From contig CM121341.1 of the NCBI GenBank assembly GCA_051530055.1, positions 11,696,784-11,760,783 on the forward strand: DNA of 64,000 bases, read 5' to 3'. The position numbers and the translations under genes were made by a program. The notes under the pieces were generated by a model. It saw only the letters and a list, made by a program, of their open reading frames with translations. It was not told the origin of the DNA and made no database searches. The DNA comes from Neoechinorhynchus agilis (taxonomy: Eukaryota; Animalia; Acanthocephala). Shown here in pieces: positions 23,075-34,688 of the stretch (position 1 is the stretch's first letter; each line of letters starts with the position of its first letter).

Positions 23075-24805
23075 TGGGCGTCGCCGTCTTACGGCTTTCT
23101 CAGGGATCTTCAAAGGCTCGTGGAGATGTGACGTGTGCTAAAGTAGCGACACCGAAGCGGAAAGTTCGTCCCACTTTGTTGAGCAGTTCTAGGGCTTTGT
23201 CTAGCAAATGTCCAGAACTGTCCCTCGCATTGTCTACGGAAACGCCATCCCTTCCACTTTTAGCTGCCCGGGATATAAGTAGTGCTTACGTGCTAGATAA
23301 TTCCACCCGTGGTCCTTGCCCGAGAGGTTTACTTTGGCGTCGCTTCGGCACTCGGATTCATGCTTTTTCCATGGCATGACCATGATTTTGCGTCCTGATT
23401 CAATCTACCGCGAACGTGTTCCGTCAAACATTGACGCTAAGGCCGTTCAGTTTTGCTTGTCTATAGATTAACTCGTGAATGCCATCGGCCAAACATCGTT
23501 CGTAGGTCATTCCATAGACCAAGTTTCTCCAAATGCAAATCGAATCTTGTCTTTCATTTGTTTCCATAGACATAAGGGACAACGCTCGACGTATTTAAGG
23601 CGTTTAATGATGTCCAGTTCTCGCCAGGATTCTCCTAAGTGTGATCGCGCTTCTATGGACAACACTGGCATCTACTCGCGATCATAGCATCAGCTTTCAA
23701 ACGTTACTGGTGAGACTTTCACTGTTATATGGGATCTTGAGAATCGGGCTTCCTGCATATCGTTTCGTCGAACGATCATCGTTCAGGTTCATCTCTCTTG
23801 AATCATAGCGCTGTTGGAACCGCATTATCTCGTTACTTGAATATCCATCAACAGCGAAAATTGCCAAAACGTTTTTCCGTTAACGACGGTAAGCAAACCA
23901 GTGCTGTCTCGTGCATCTCAGCATAAATTGCCAGTTTCATCACCCAAGGATGATGGGAATCTCGATGCATGACTATCCTTTTACGGTTTGCGATACCAAC
24001 CGAAATCAGTGACTTGATTAACTTTTTAGCACAAATTGATGAAAGGCAGATAATCCGATGGTTTGCCCCGAATCACCTTAATATCACTAGTAAAATCCAT
24101 AGAACTAAACCTATTCTAAACGTCATCTATCTCACAATATTCTCTGTAGGTGAACAGCACATCGTCCACATAGCGGAGAGGCCGCGGTTCGATTTCGAGA
24201 TGTGAGTGGTCGCAATTCCTAAAGCTGATAACTACACCGATAAACGTTTGTTCCAGGTGCGGGAGGGTATGGAATTTCTCACGAATTGTTCAAGGATCAA
24301 AAACTTAAATGGAATATAAATCGAGTTGAAAAAGACGCATTTGTACAGGCGAAAAGCAGATTAAGGGAAATGTAGATTCATACTTCATTGAGTGACAAAG
24401 ACGGTGACCTAAATTCGATCTATAAAGGCGCAGAAGAGATAATGATAGAGGAATTAATGCGAGATCGGACCACATATATACATATATATGAAGGAATCGT
24501 AGGATGATTGTGAATTGAAGCAAAAAGTTGAATAGCATCTTTCATGAAGTGATAGCCGCAAGAGAGTTGAAAAGAATGAGTAGATTCGTGCATGGACCAT
24601 TGCTGGTGCCCGTGATGTATCGAATGGTCAAAATGCACAAGATACTGGTCGGTCCAGCATCTTTGATTAGATGCAGTACAAATTATTTCGGCAGTCAATG
24701 GACCTGCGTACTGATTATCTCGCTTCTTGTCGATGGCGATTAGCCCACTGCTTCAGAAAACGATTGCTTATTTACGGAATGTAGAAGGCTCACTTAATTC
24801 TCTGA
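23075..24805. mobile_element. Degenerate Penelope-like element; copy 2
   Basis: Duplicate of 4990-6720. Confidence 0.75.
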
Positions 24806-25901
24806 ATGCACGATGCAATGACTAAAATGGTAGTACACTTTACTCGGGAGAGTTATCAAAATCTGCAACATTGATCATGAGAGAATCCTGGAAATCGATA
24901 ATATCAAGTGCCAACTCGCCCCGTTGGTTGGGCACAATAACGGGTCGTACGTTGGTCGTCCCCTCCCAACGATCACTCCGCTCAGTCCCATTTTTCACCT
25001 CCTTCGAGCAAAATAAAACATCAATACATAATTTCATTCTAACCCAGTGATAAAAGTGTTGTCAATGGGGGCACAGAACCTGGGAGTGCAATAACGAAAT
25101 CAAATGTATGTTTTGCTCAGGAGGAGGGCATCAAGGTTTCAGGAGAGTATGCCCTGTCGCTATAAGATATTGGAAAAGTGTCAACAAGGACACATCTTCA
25201 GGGAATGACTGGGTAGGATTTAACTGCATCATCCTCGAACTTATCGACCCTCTTACCCTCATTATAAATCACTGCTTTTTATATGGCATCTACCATTCGT
25301 GCCTGCAATGTTTTGTAAAAACGCACGATCCCTGACCTGGAATTTCTCTGGCTAGAAGGCATCGTTTTAGGAATTTAATATATTCAACTACTCCTATTGT
25401 TTGTTTATGAAGTATTATGACATAGTTGATTCTCCATGAACAGTGACGACAAAAGCAGTGTCCCATTTTCTTGAGGATTGTATTCGCGTGGTTTGATATG
25501 TTGTTATTTTGGTCGATCATAATGCCCAACTGGGGGTATGACGCGTACAGTAGAATTCCTGATTCCACTCACACATCTATTGAGCAATAAAGATAAGGCA
25601 AAATCCAACACAAGGTGGATTTGAAAAGGCGAGATTCATAACCAGCGAACCGGATCTTAGAAGAAGACTGATTCTTGAGGCCATTCACATCCGGGGAAAT
25701 CCGACGATGGAAGGCAAAAAATCAAACCACACGCTGGTGCTACCAAAGTTGCGTAGCATGACGGGCAAATAAATCGGCAACAAACCGCAAGAGGTGTGTG
25801 CGGATGGAACTCCCCACACTTCGGGTATTAGCAAACCCGCGGATCTGAGCTACATCCAGACGTGACCGGCTGTGCATGCTGTCTATGTCCTCCATTTTAG
25901 A

Positions 25902-25941
25902 TAGACTGAAGAGGCAAGGAAAACCTTGCGAAATATTTCTA
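25902..25941 (+). ncRNA. Minimal hammerhead motif, family B; copy 2
   Basis: Identical to 9721-9760. Confidence 0.85.
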
Positions 25942-25985
25942 AAATAAATGAGTAACGAAAACACCGGGGAAAGGATTCGCCAACG

Positions 25986-27624
25986 CATTTAATTTTATGG
26001 ATAGCCGCTTCCGCATATAATTGTGATTTTGTCGTCAATGGCCCAAATATTGATCCTCCTCTAAGGATTCGCTTCGGAACAATTGCGAAATCGTCATTCA
26101 ACCTCTGGATTGACGAATGCGCGCACTCAATAAAAGGCAATCGAAGAATAATGAGAGGCTGCGTAACCGCGCTCTATATTTCAATCATAGTGCGCGTTTC
26201 GCAAACGAAATTTTTAAAGACGCGAAATCATCAAGGCCGAATATTCATCTGCCGACAGCAAGAAAGCATTACGGCGACCTCTCCGAAGGCAACAACCAAC
26301 CGGATTTCACAGAGGAAAACTTACCCGAAGATTCAATTACACTACATAATCTGTCAGTTATAACAAAAGAAGAAATTGGAAATGCAATCCGCGGAACAAA
26401 ACCTAGAAGTGCACATGGACCCGACAAAATATCACTCAGAAACATCAAGGCATTCGATAGGCACCTCGCTGGTTTGACGATACTCTAATTCAATAATGGA
26501 AACAGGGCATCCTCTGAATTAATGGTTAGATAGCAAAACCATTTTATTGCCAAAGAATGGAGCGCGTTCACACATCTCTTCTGACCTGAAAGCATGGCTA
26601 CCAATCACCATTTCATCGATTCTTTTACGAATCTTGCATGGATAGCTCTTGGGGAGGATCAGAACTCTCCTTATCGACACTCGAGGAAGTCGAGCAAATG
26701 TGGAGGACAACATTAAAGAATCTCTTCTTCTTACTCCACTACCTCAACGACGGAGCAATATTCCTCCCACTGAGCAAAGGTAGATTGGGTATTACATCTA
26801 TACAGCAATCCGTTATGGCCGTACGCTTAAAGGCTTGCCTCAGTGCAAAAGAACACTGCCCGAGCCTTGAAACACCAAACGCCTACAACAATACAGTACA
26901 AAAAAATTTTCGGGTCTCGGAGCTACCGAGTATATATTAGCGTCATCGCAAGTAAAAAATCTTAGCACGGAGTCTAATGTGAGGAAATGGATGTAATCTA
27001 AGACCCAATAGCAAGGTATCAAAGCATTCACAAGCTGCAACTTCGTAGGCAAGACAATCACAAGCATTCCTCCGAATTGATAAAAGTGCGATTTCAACTT
27101 CTCGAATTCGGCTCTCATCTAACGACAATTGAGCACAACAGAACAAGAAAATGTCGCCAGTGCACTATCCGAGACGCAGAACCAAAAACTACATCCACGA
27201 TCCTAAACTGCAGCTCTATAAACCAGATGCCAAGAGGCGTACACGCAAGAGCAGAGGAAATTATGAGTGCAGAGAAGAAGTACCGAGTAATATCAGAAGA
27301 CGTACCATGAATGCTCGGGTTCTGTAATCGCCGCATCAATACAATGGGCTTTGCTGTCGGCTCAAGATGAACCTATTCAATGGAATTAATCACGCGGCTC
27401 AAAAATTTTTATTTGTCAATTAACACCGCATTGAATATAGCAACAATTGCAGTAAAGATTACCTTTCATGTCTTTATGAATAGAGAAAGGACTCGGTAAC
27501 AATTCAACGGTACTCGAACAAAAAAGAAAACAAAACAATGGAACTTATCCAAAAGAAGAAAATGACACTGAGTGAAAAACTCTAAACTATGTAAGAATTT
27601 CCACCTCCAAAATAAATGATCATA
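25986..27624 (+). mobile_element. Truncated R2 retrotransposon; copy 2
   Basis: Duplicate of 9805-11443; abuts the 28S site at 27625. Confidence 0.85.
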
Positions 27625-28701
27625 TAGCCAAATGCCTCGTCATCTAACTAGTGACGTTCATGAATGGATTATTGAGAATCCTACTGTCCCTGTCTGCAGC
27701 CTAGCGAAACCAAAGCCAAGGGAACGGGCTCGGAGAGTAACAGCGGCGAAAAAAGATATTGTTGAGCTTGACTCTAGTCAGTCTCTGTGAAATAACATGA
27801 TAGGCGTAGAATAGATGGGGGCCCGCCGCGGTGAAATACCACTACCATCATTGTTTCTTATTTACTCAGTGATTCAGGGAGCATTAATTCGCTAATTGCG
27901 ATATCTATTCCTTTCTTAAGTGTCGAAGAGTGTCTGGTCTGAGAACACAGACTGATTGGGAGTTTGGAATTATTGTTTAGGGCTTAACCCGGTAAGTTAT
28001 TTTTTTGCTAAGGACGTTTCAAACCTCGTGGGTTCATCATCTGTTTGTTAGCTAGTAATAAACGATGAACCCGACGAGGGTTTGCTAGTTAGTAATAGAC
28101 GATGAACCTAATGAGGGTTTGTTAGCTAGTAATAGACCATGAACCCGACGAGGTTAATAACACGTTTTTTTAATTAACAAAGAGATGGACAAATGTATCT
28201 TTGGGTCCTCTAACTTTGGGTCAACGTCTTTAATAAAAAATCATTTACCAGGTGAAGACCTAAAGAGTAATTCCTATCATATACCACGGTACCTCACATA
28301 TCGACTATTGGGAGTGTGATTAGGGCGGTACATCTGTTAAAACCTAACGCAGTCAGAAAAATTATCACGGGGATAACTGGGTTGTGGCGGCCAAGCGTCC
28401 ACAGCGACGTCGCTTTTTGATCCTTCGATGTCGGCTTTTCCTATCATTGGGATGCAAAAAGTCCCATAGCGTTGGATTGTTCACCCATTAATAGGGAACG
28501 TGAGCTAGGTTTAGACCGCCGCGAAACAGGTTAGTTATACCCTACTGTTGAGCTGGTTGTTGTAATAGCAATCTTGCTAATTAAGAAAAGAACCGCAGGT
28601 TTGGACATTAAGTACACTCACTCGGTCGAGAGGCCGATGTTGCGAAGCTTCGTCAGCAGGATTACGACTGAACACCTCTAAGTCGGAAGTCTACTTAGGA
28701 G
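27625..28701 (+). rRNA. 28S: 28S rRNA 3' fragment (pseudogene); copy 2
   Basis: Duplicate of 11444-12520. Confidence 0.92.
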
Positions 28702-29617
28702 CAACAACACCAATGCGCACTAGGCGGCCTGAACTTGTTACAAATGTGATAGTGAGCGACGTTTTCTACGCGGAAATTACGTTTCTTCTCAATGATTTAT
28801 CCGCCAGCGGCGAATTTATCATCTGCGCTCAGTGTCTACTTATGAAATGAATTGACCTGCGTAGTTGGTAGCCGTGTTCAATACCTCGCTGTACTTGTGC
28901 GTTAGCATATGATGTGTGCTATGATGTGCCGGTATAAAATTAAGTCTCATGACGTATGCAAAGTTGGGCAAAATGTGTGTTTTCGACAAATTTTTGCGAG
29001 CCCCCTGATAAGGGCTAGGCACAACACCTAAGCTATAACGCGAAGAAGTGCATCTTGATTACGCCATGCAAAGCTCTCTGAGCTGGCAGAGAAGATTGCG
29101 GTAGTGGTTGTTGATTAAGACGTTCGATGTTAAAACTCATTGAACTATGAGAAGAGTTGGGTATAGACTGAACGGCCGTGCTGTTGGGCGATACAAAAGT
29201 ATCAGGTAAAAAATGTAGTAAAGATAGGCGGATTGAATAAGCGGCAAATACCAATCAATTCACTGATATTATATCAGTGATTGAGCTAAGTGAATGCTGG
29301 GCAAAATTGTTACTTGGCGCTTACGGTTAATCGGCCACTGTTATTGGATTTATGTGATTACTAAAAATTAACGTAGTTGATGTTGAACACCATCCGAGTG
29401 GATGGTTGAGCAGTTAATATTGGCGGCAAATGCCAATTGATGACGTAATGTGCCTTGCACTGTAATGTTGGTAATGCTGAGATGATAAAATTATCTGACC
29501 TACGGGTCAGTTAGAACAGTGGGCGACTCATATAAAAGGCGTAAACGGATGTTGATTATTTTTCTTAGTAGAAGTTGAGGCGATTGTTTTGCGGGCGTTA
29601 TATCACCTACCTAAACA

Positions 29618-30670
29618 TCCATTGATCTCATCTGTTCAAGGGCCTCTGAACTTTTCCCTCACGATGCTCTCTTCCTTTTAAAAAATTGCATCTTCATTCC
29701 ACGCATCCTCCATAAACTGCGGTCAACCCCTTCCTTTCAATGTCAGCCCGAATTGAGAGAGATTGATGGTTCTTTAAGGGATGGTCTATGTAAGATCCTT
29801 AATATTAAGCTCCCCGACACTGGCTGGACCCAGGCATCTTTGCCCACAAGCTACGGAGGGATCGGTATTCGGGCGAGCTCAGCCATTGCGCTTACAGCCT
29901 TTCTATCGTCTCTTAGTAGGTCCAAGCGCCTTTCCAGATTGATTTTGAGACATAATTTTGAGGAGGACATCAGCCTGGAGCCCGCTCTTCATCTTTGGAT
30001 GTCCCTGTCTAACCTCGACAAGATTCCAGACCTCCCGGAAAAACAGAAATCGTGGGACATTCCGTTAGTGGAGCGTGTTCACACCTCACTTTTTGACTCG
30101 CTCTCCGACGTGGATAGAACGCGATTAACTGCAGTTTACTGCAAAGAGTCCGGCGCCTGGTTGAAAGCTGTGCCATCAGCAAATCTCGGTTCGAGATTAG
30201 ATGGCGAGGCTCTCAGAATCGCAGTGTCTCTGAGGCTCGGGCTCCCGATGGGCGTAGGCCGGATGGAGTTACCGTTTTTCCTTGGAGCAGGGGGAGATGT
30301 CTCCTATGGGACGCAACATGCGTCGACTCCCTTGCAGCCAGCAATCTGCGAGATGCATCCTCCGGGGCTGGGGGAGCCGCATCAGCAGCTGAGCTCCGTA
30401 AGGTTGCAAAATACGCTGATTTTACGAATTCTCATCATTCTGTCCCCTTCGCAGTGGAAACCTTACGAGATTTCGGACGTGCGGCGAGGAGTTTTGTTTT
30501 CGAACTGGGGCATCGACTGATCAACTCGACCAATGACAGGAGGGCTCGTTCGTTCCTAGTGCAGAACATATCCTTGGCTATCCAGCGAGGAAACGCAGCG
30601 AGCGTCTTGGGGACGGTGAAGTACGATTGAGAATAATATCGAATGTTACATTCGGATTTTTTACAAAAAA
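29618..30670 (+). mobile_element. 5'-truncated CRE-clade-like non-LTR fragment (post-RT region + restriction-like endonuclease)
   Basis: ASLPTSYGGIGIR, ALRIAVSLRLG; in a shifted frame RRPDG..WSRGRCLLWDAT, PFAVET, ISLAIQRGNAASVLGT. Short A tail; absent from unit 1 (ctaaaca|ataattc). Confidence 0.8.
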
Positions 30671-31294
30671 ATAATTCTAATCAAATTCCCCGGTACCTTA
30701 CACATCGACATTGTTATATCACCTGTTTTTTGTAGCAGGGTTCAAAACCTGGGTATACATGAGATGGCTGCTCCGCCTGCCGTCGTTTCGCCGATGCCTG
30801 CACTGGCTTTTGCCATGCTGAGCTCGTCTAATTAAGACGAAATAGACATTGTGTTATAATGTATGGACATAAGAGTTGAAATTAACCAATTGTTGATTTC
30901 TCGGCGGAGCTTCGTTGATATTGGAAATAATTACGTCACAGAAGATGATGTTAATTATTGGCTGATGATTGGTTTTAACCATCAAAATTAAATTCGGGTT
31001 AGTTGTTGGACATAAGGTCCGCAATAATTGGAAGAATTGTCGGGAAGTATCAGTGGGTTGTTATTATTCGACCTCCACATGGTTGTGGACGGTAGCAATG
31101 ACGTTAGTTTTTGTTACCATGATTTAGGTTGAGAGTTGCATTCGTGTAGTAGGATGTGTTATTGTTAAGGTTGTTTGTCGAAACCTGAGGAAGATCGATA
31201 AAGACAAATATATTTCAACAACCTAAGCAATAACTTACAATGATTTGGTTCACGGGTGCGTTACTCTTGCCGCGGTTAAACACACTATCCTAGG

Positions 31295-31684
31295 CACTCA
31301 GGTTTACGGGTCGACGTAAGGAATAAGCAGCTGGTTAGTGCAGAAACTTTCGCAACGATACCATTAGCCTCCGTTCCTGTATCGATCGAAGCCCTCAGCG
31401 TCGATTTCCTCGGATCGAAGAACGACGAATTTAATAAAATTCTCGCAGATTTCCCCTATATAACGAGACCTACCTTTTCGGACGTTTCGACCAAACATGC
31501 AGTGGAGCACATTATTGAGACACAAGGACAACCACTCCATGCTAGACCGCGACGCCTGCCACCCGATAAACTCGCTATTACTAAATCCGAATTCAAAAAT
31601 ATGGAGGATCTTGGAATCATTAGACGCTCAAATAGCCAGTGGTCGTCTCCGTTGCATCTCGTACCCAAATCAGGCGGTTCTTGA
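31295..31684 (+). mobile_element. Ty3/Gypsy pol fragment; copy 3
   Basis: Same translation as copies 1 and 2. Confidence 0.85.
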
Positions 31685-31804
31685 AAGGCTCCATAACGTG
31701 TAGTATCCGTGATTTATTTAGGTTACCCTTCAACAATTTCTCACACAATCACACAGGCCCACACACAATAAGATGAACATTAAAGCACAGAATTGGAAAC
31801 AAGC

Positions 31805-33569
31805 TCAAATAGCACTGCCTTGATTGCTCCGGGAATTTACAGTAATGTCCCCCTCCATGGACGACTTCTCTACAAACTCATAATTCTTGCTTTCTTCAGA
31901 ACTTTTGTCTTTTTTATAATTATCTGTACATTGTTCGTTTTCTCCATTTTCCAAATGTTCCAAGTTATCTGCACTTTGCGAACTTTCCTGGTTCACACAC
32001 TCTGCTCTATTTGACTTCTTAGCACTTCTGCAATTTTCCTTAGATTCGGGGGCAACCGGATCCTGGTAAATGATTTCATAAAACAAAATGTACCCAGTAA
32101 AAACACGCCTCTTACTCTTTCGAGCAGCTGGATTCATAGGTGGATTAACTACCGCAACTCCATTTGAGAGAACAAATGGTGCAGACAGCAAAGCATCCTC
32201 CGTTTTCTCCGTCGTCGCCTTTTCCTCCTTAACCTCATCTACTCCATAAAACTCCTCAAACACATTTCCATTGATGTCTTTGACTGATGCATCGTCGAGT
32301 ATAACCCATTTGTAATCATTGTATGTCTTTGTCACCGATGATTCCGCGGGCTCCTGCGGTTCAGTGATATCCTTGCGGATCACCGTTATGAAATGTCCAG
32401 TGTTGTGGTTTGCTCCGCAGTGTACAATAAAACATCGAAGACGGTAACGTGCGTTATTCACATCGAGTTCAATGGAAAGTGGAACCTTCGCGCATACTTT
32501 TGTGTAAGTAAAATTTTCTTCTTCTTCGACGCATTTGAACCTTTTCAGGTGAAGGATTAGAATTCTGGGACATTTGTCAATCACAATCCGCATCGATTGT
32601 TCATTATGTGTCCAGCAATTGGTACAAAAGTATCGACTATCTGACTCAAGAATAGCAGGAGTGCTGAAGTGTCTCAGGCACTGTTCAACCGTACGACCGG
32701 CTTCTATTAAATTATTTCTGGCATTTTTAAATCAGGTATCAGTATAAGTAAACCAATTTTACAGAAATATAAATCATAATGTTGCTATTCTCATATTCTT
32801 ACCAGTGTGCTTCAGCGCCTCACCCCTTCTTGTACCAGAAACAATTCCAGACGTCAAGTGATACGTCGTAAAATATTTCCGATTGTTTGGATCCATTATG
32901 ACAGAGAATGCAACTCGTCTTGTGAAGCAATGTTCCCATGAAGATGTCACCAACTATGCATTTTTTCGTAATTTCATCCTGAAGGGTGTCAGCACAAATG
33001 TTTATGAGATAATTCAGAAATTCATGGGCATCGTGTTGGTACGGTCCCTTAAAACTACTTCCATTACTTTGAACCTCGTTAATAAACTTCTTTGGTTTGA
33101 CTGCAGGTAGGTGGTTATTTCTCCTAAGAATTCTCCGTTTTCTACCAGGTTCCAAAAGCTCTTCGAAAACTTTCCCCAGGTGATATACTAATGCCGCTCC
33201 TCTGACATTTTCATTACCCGGTGGAGAATTCCTTCGTTCGTTCGCTTGGCTACGAGCTAAATGTTCTTGTAGGAATTGAACACGGAATTCATCGCAGTGA
33301 AACAAAGCTTGTATCACCGCATTGCAATAGCAAGTATTTCCGAAATTAACAAGTCCTCTTGTAGGTATCGATGGCGTTGATGAGCCCGTTGCAGATGAAT
33401 CCGAGCTAGATGATTCGATCTGCTCAGAATCTCTCCGCTTTTTTCCTAACACACCCCAGTTTGCAAATTGGCGTTCTACTTTTCGACCCTGCGTTTCTAA
33501 CCATTTCTTGATTTCTGCACCTTTTCCCTGACATTGTTTGATGGTTTTCGACTTTCTGACAAATCCCAT
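31805..33569 (-). CDS. USP12/46: USP12/USP46-family deubiquitinase, intact 2-exon model (33569-32824, 32717-31805; 552 aa)
   Basis: Donor GG|GTGAGG and acceptor gccag|A bound a 106-bp intron and join ...SLDVWNCFWYKKG to NNLIEAGRTVEQCL with no stop. Catalytic Cys, His and Asp (ILDDA) and the CILC/CTNC zinc pairs are present. Confidence 0.8.
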
Positions 33570-33977
33570 CTTAAAGTTCTAGGTAAAAGAAACTGATAAA
33601 AGCGAAGAAACCCCCGTTAAAAATTTGTTCTGAGGAGACTATTGAGGCAACGGGTGAATCATTTTAATTTTAAATAGGGCTGTCATCTCACTACAAACGA
33701 TGTGAATTGTTAAGCGAAGTGTACTATAGCGGTAGAATATTATTGATAGTCCAGTAAGCGATAGAACCTGGGTGTTTTGGGGATCAATAAAAAAATACCT
33801 TATCTCTGGCTTTAAAAGATTGAATTTTTTAAACCAAATTTTATATCAAATAATATTTATTGCGTATTTAAAATCGCTTTTGCTTAAGTATCCGAGAGTT
33901 GATGTCATTTTTAATATATAAAAATTTATCTGCAGAAGTCAATACAATTCCTAAAGTATTCAATCTTTTAAGAATAT

Positions 33978-34167
33978 AAAAATGTTGATATGTGAGGTAC
34001 CGGGGAATTAGATTGGAAGGATTTAGGTCTACACCCGGTAAATTATTATTTATTAAAGACGTTTCGAACCTCGTCGGGACTTGTATTTCAGAACTGATGA
34101 TAAACCCGACGAGGTTCGAAACGTCTTTAATAAATAATATTTTACCGGGTGTAGACCTAAACAATAA
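33978..34167. mobile_element. Palindromic PLE-derived mini-element, family D
   Basis: 57-bp arms at 34022-34078 and 34105-34161, 39-nt one-sided tail at 33983-34021, 12-bp TSD TTTTAAGAATAT (33966-33977, 34168-34179). Confidence 0.85.
34091..34128 (+). ncRNA. Minimal hammerhead motif, family D
   Basis: gaa-CUGAUGA-U-AAACC-cgacga-GGUUC-GAAA-CG-UC/uuu; ACGU palindromic stem III, GUC triplet; one stem II mismatch. Confidence 0.7.
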
Positions 34168-34423
34168 TTTTAAGAATATGTCTAAATATTTCTAACCGAT
34201 AATTTTTTATGTTGTTAGAGTTCTATGATTGCAGATCATAAAGCAAAACTTAGGATACACAATTTCACTACATGAAATAGCATTCGGGTAGATCTGAGCT
34301 GCCATATTTTGGGTATTTTATTGGTCAATAAATGCTCGCAACGATTCGGTCATAAATATTATAAGAAAAATATCTATTGATGATTGTTTGATTGACAATT
34401 TGACTGAAAGAGAGTTTATTGAA

Positions 34424-34462
34424 ACACCTAGCTTTCGCCGTCCAACGGCTTCTTCAGGGTGT
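34424..34462 (-). ncRNA. Minimal hammerhead motif, family A (left arm)
   Basis: Exact reverse complement of 34650-34688. Confidence 0.85.
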
Positions 34463-34649
34463 AATCTACAATGCGAGTGAAGTGGAGTGGAAGTTCACAT
34501 TAGATTCATGATTGCAGACAACTCATCCTTCTGGTTAATGAGTGTCCTCGATGCTCGGACGGTAGGACACTCATTAACCAGAAGGATGAGTTGTCTGCAA
34601 TCATGAATCTAATGTGAACTTCCACTCCACTTCACTCGCATTGTAGATT

Positions 34650-34688
34650 ACACCCTGAAGAAGCCGTTGGACGGCGAAAGCTAGGTGT
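34650..34688 (+). ncRNA. Minimal hammerhead motif, family A (right arm)
   Basis: ACACC-CUGAAGA-A-GCCGU-ugg-ACGGC-GAAA-GC-UA/GGUGU; AGCU palindromic stem III. Confidence 0.85.

Larger units (their letters stand above)
18053..29617. repeat. Segmental duplication unit 2, near-identical to 1-13436
   Basis: Offsets 18052, 18085 (33-bp indel), 18086 and 16181 (1905-bp loss); only scattered SNPs seen. Confidence 0.97.
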
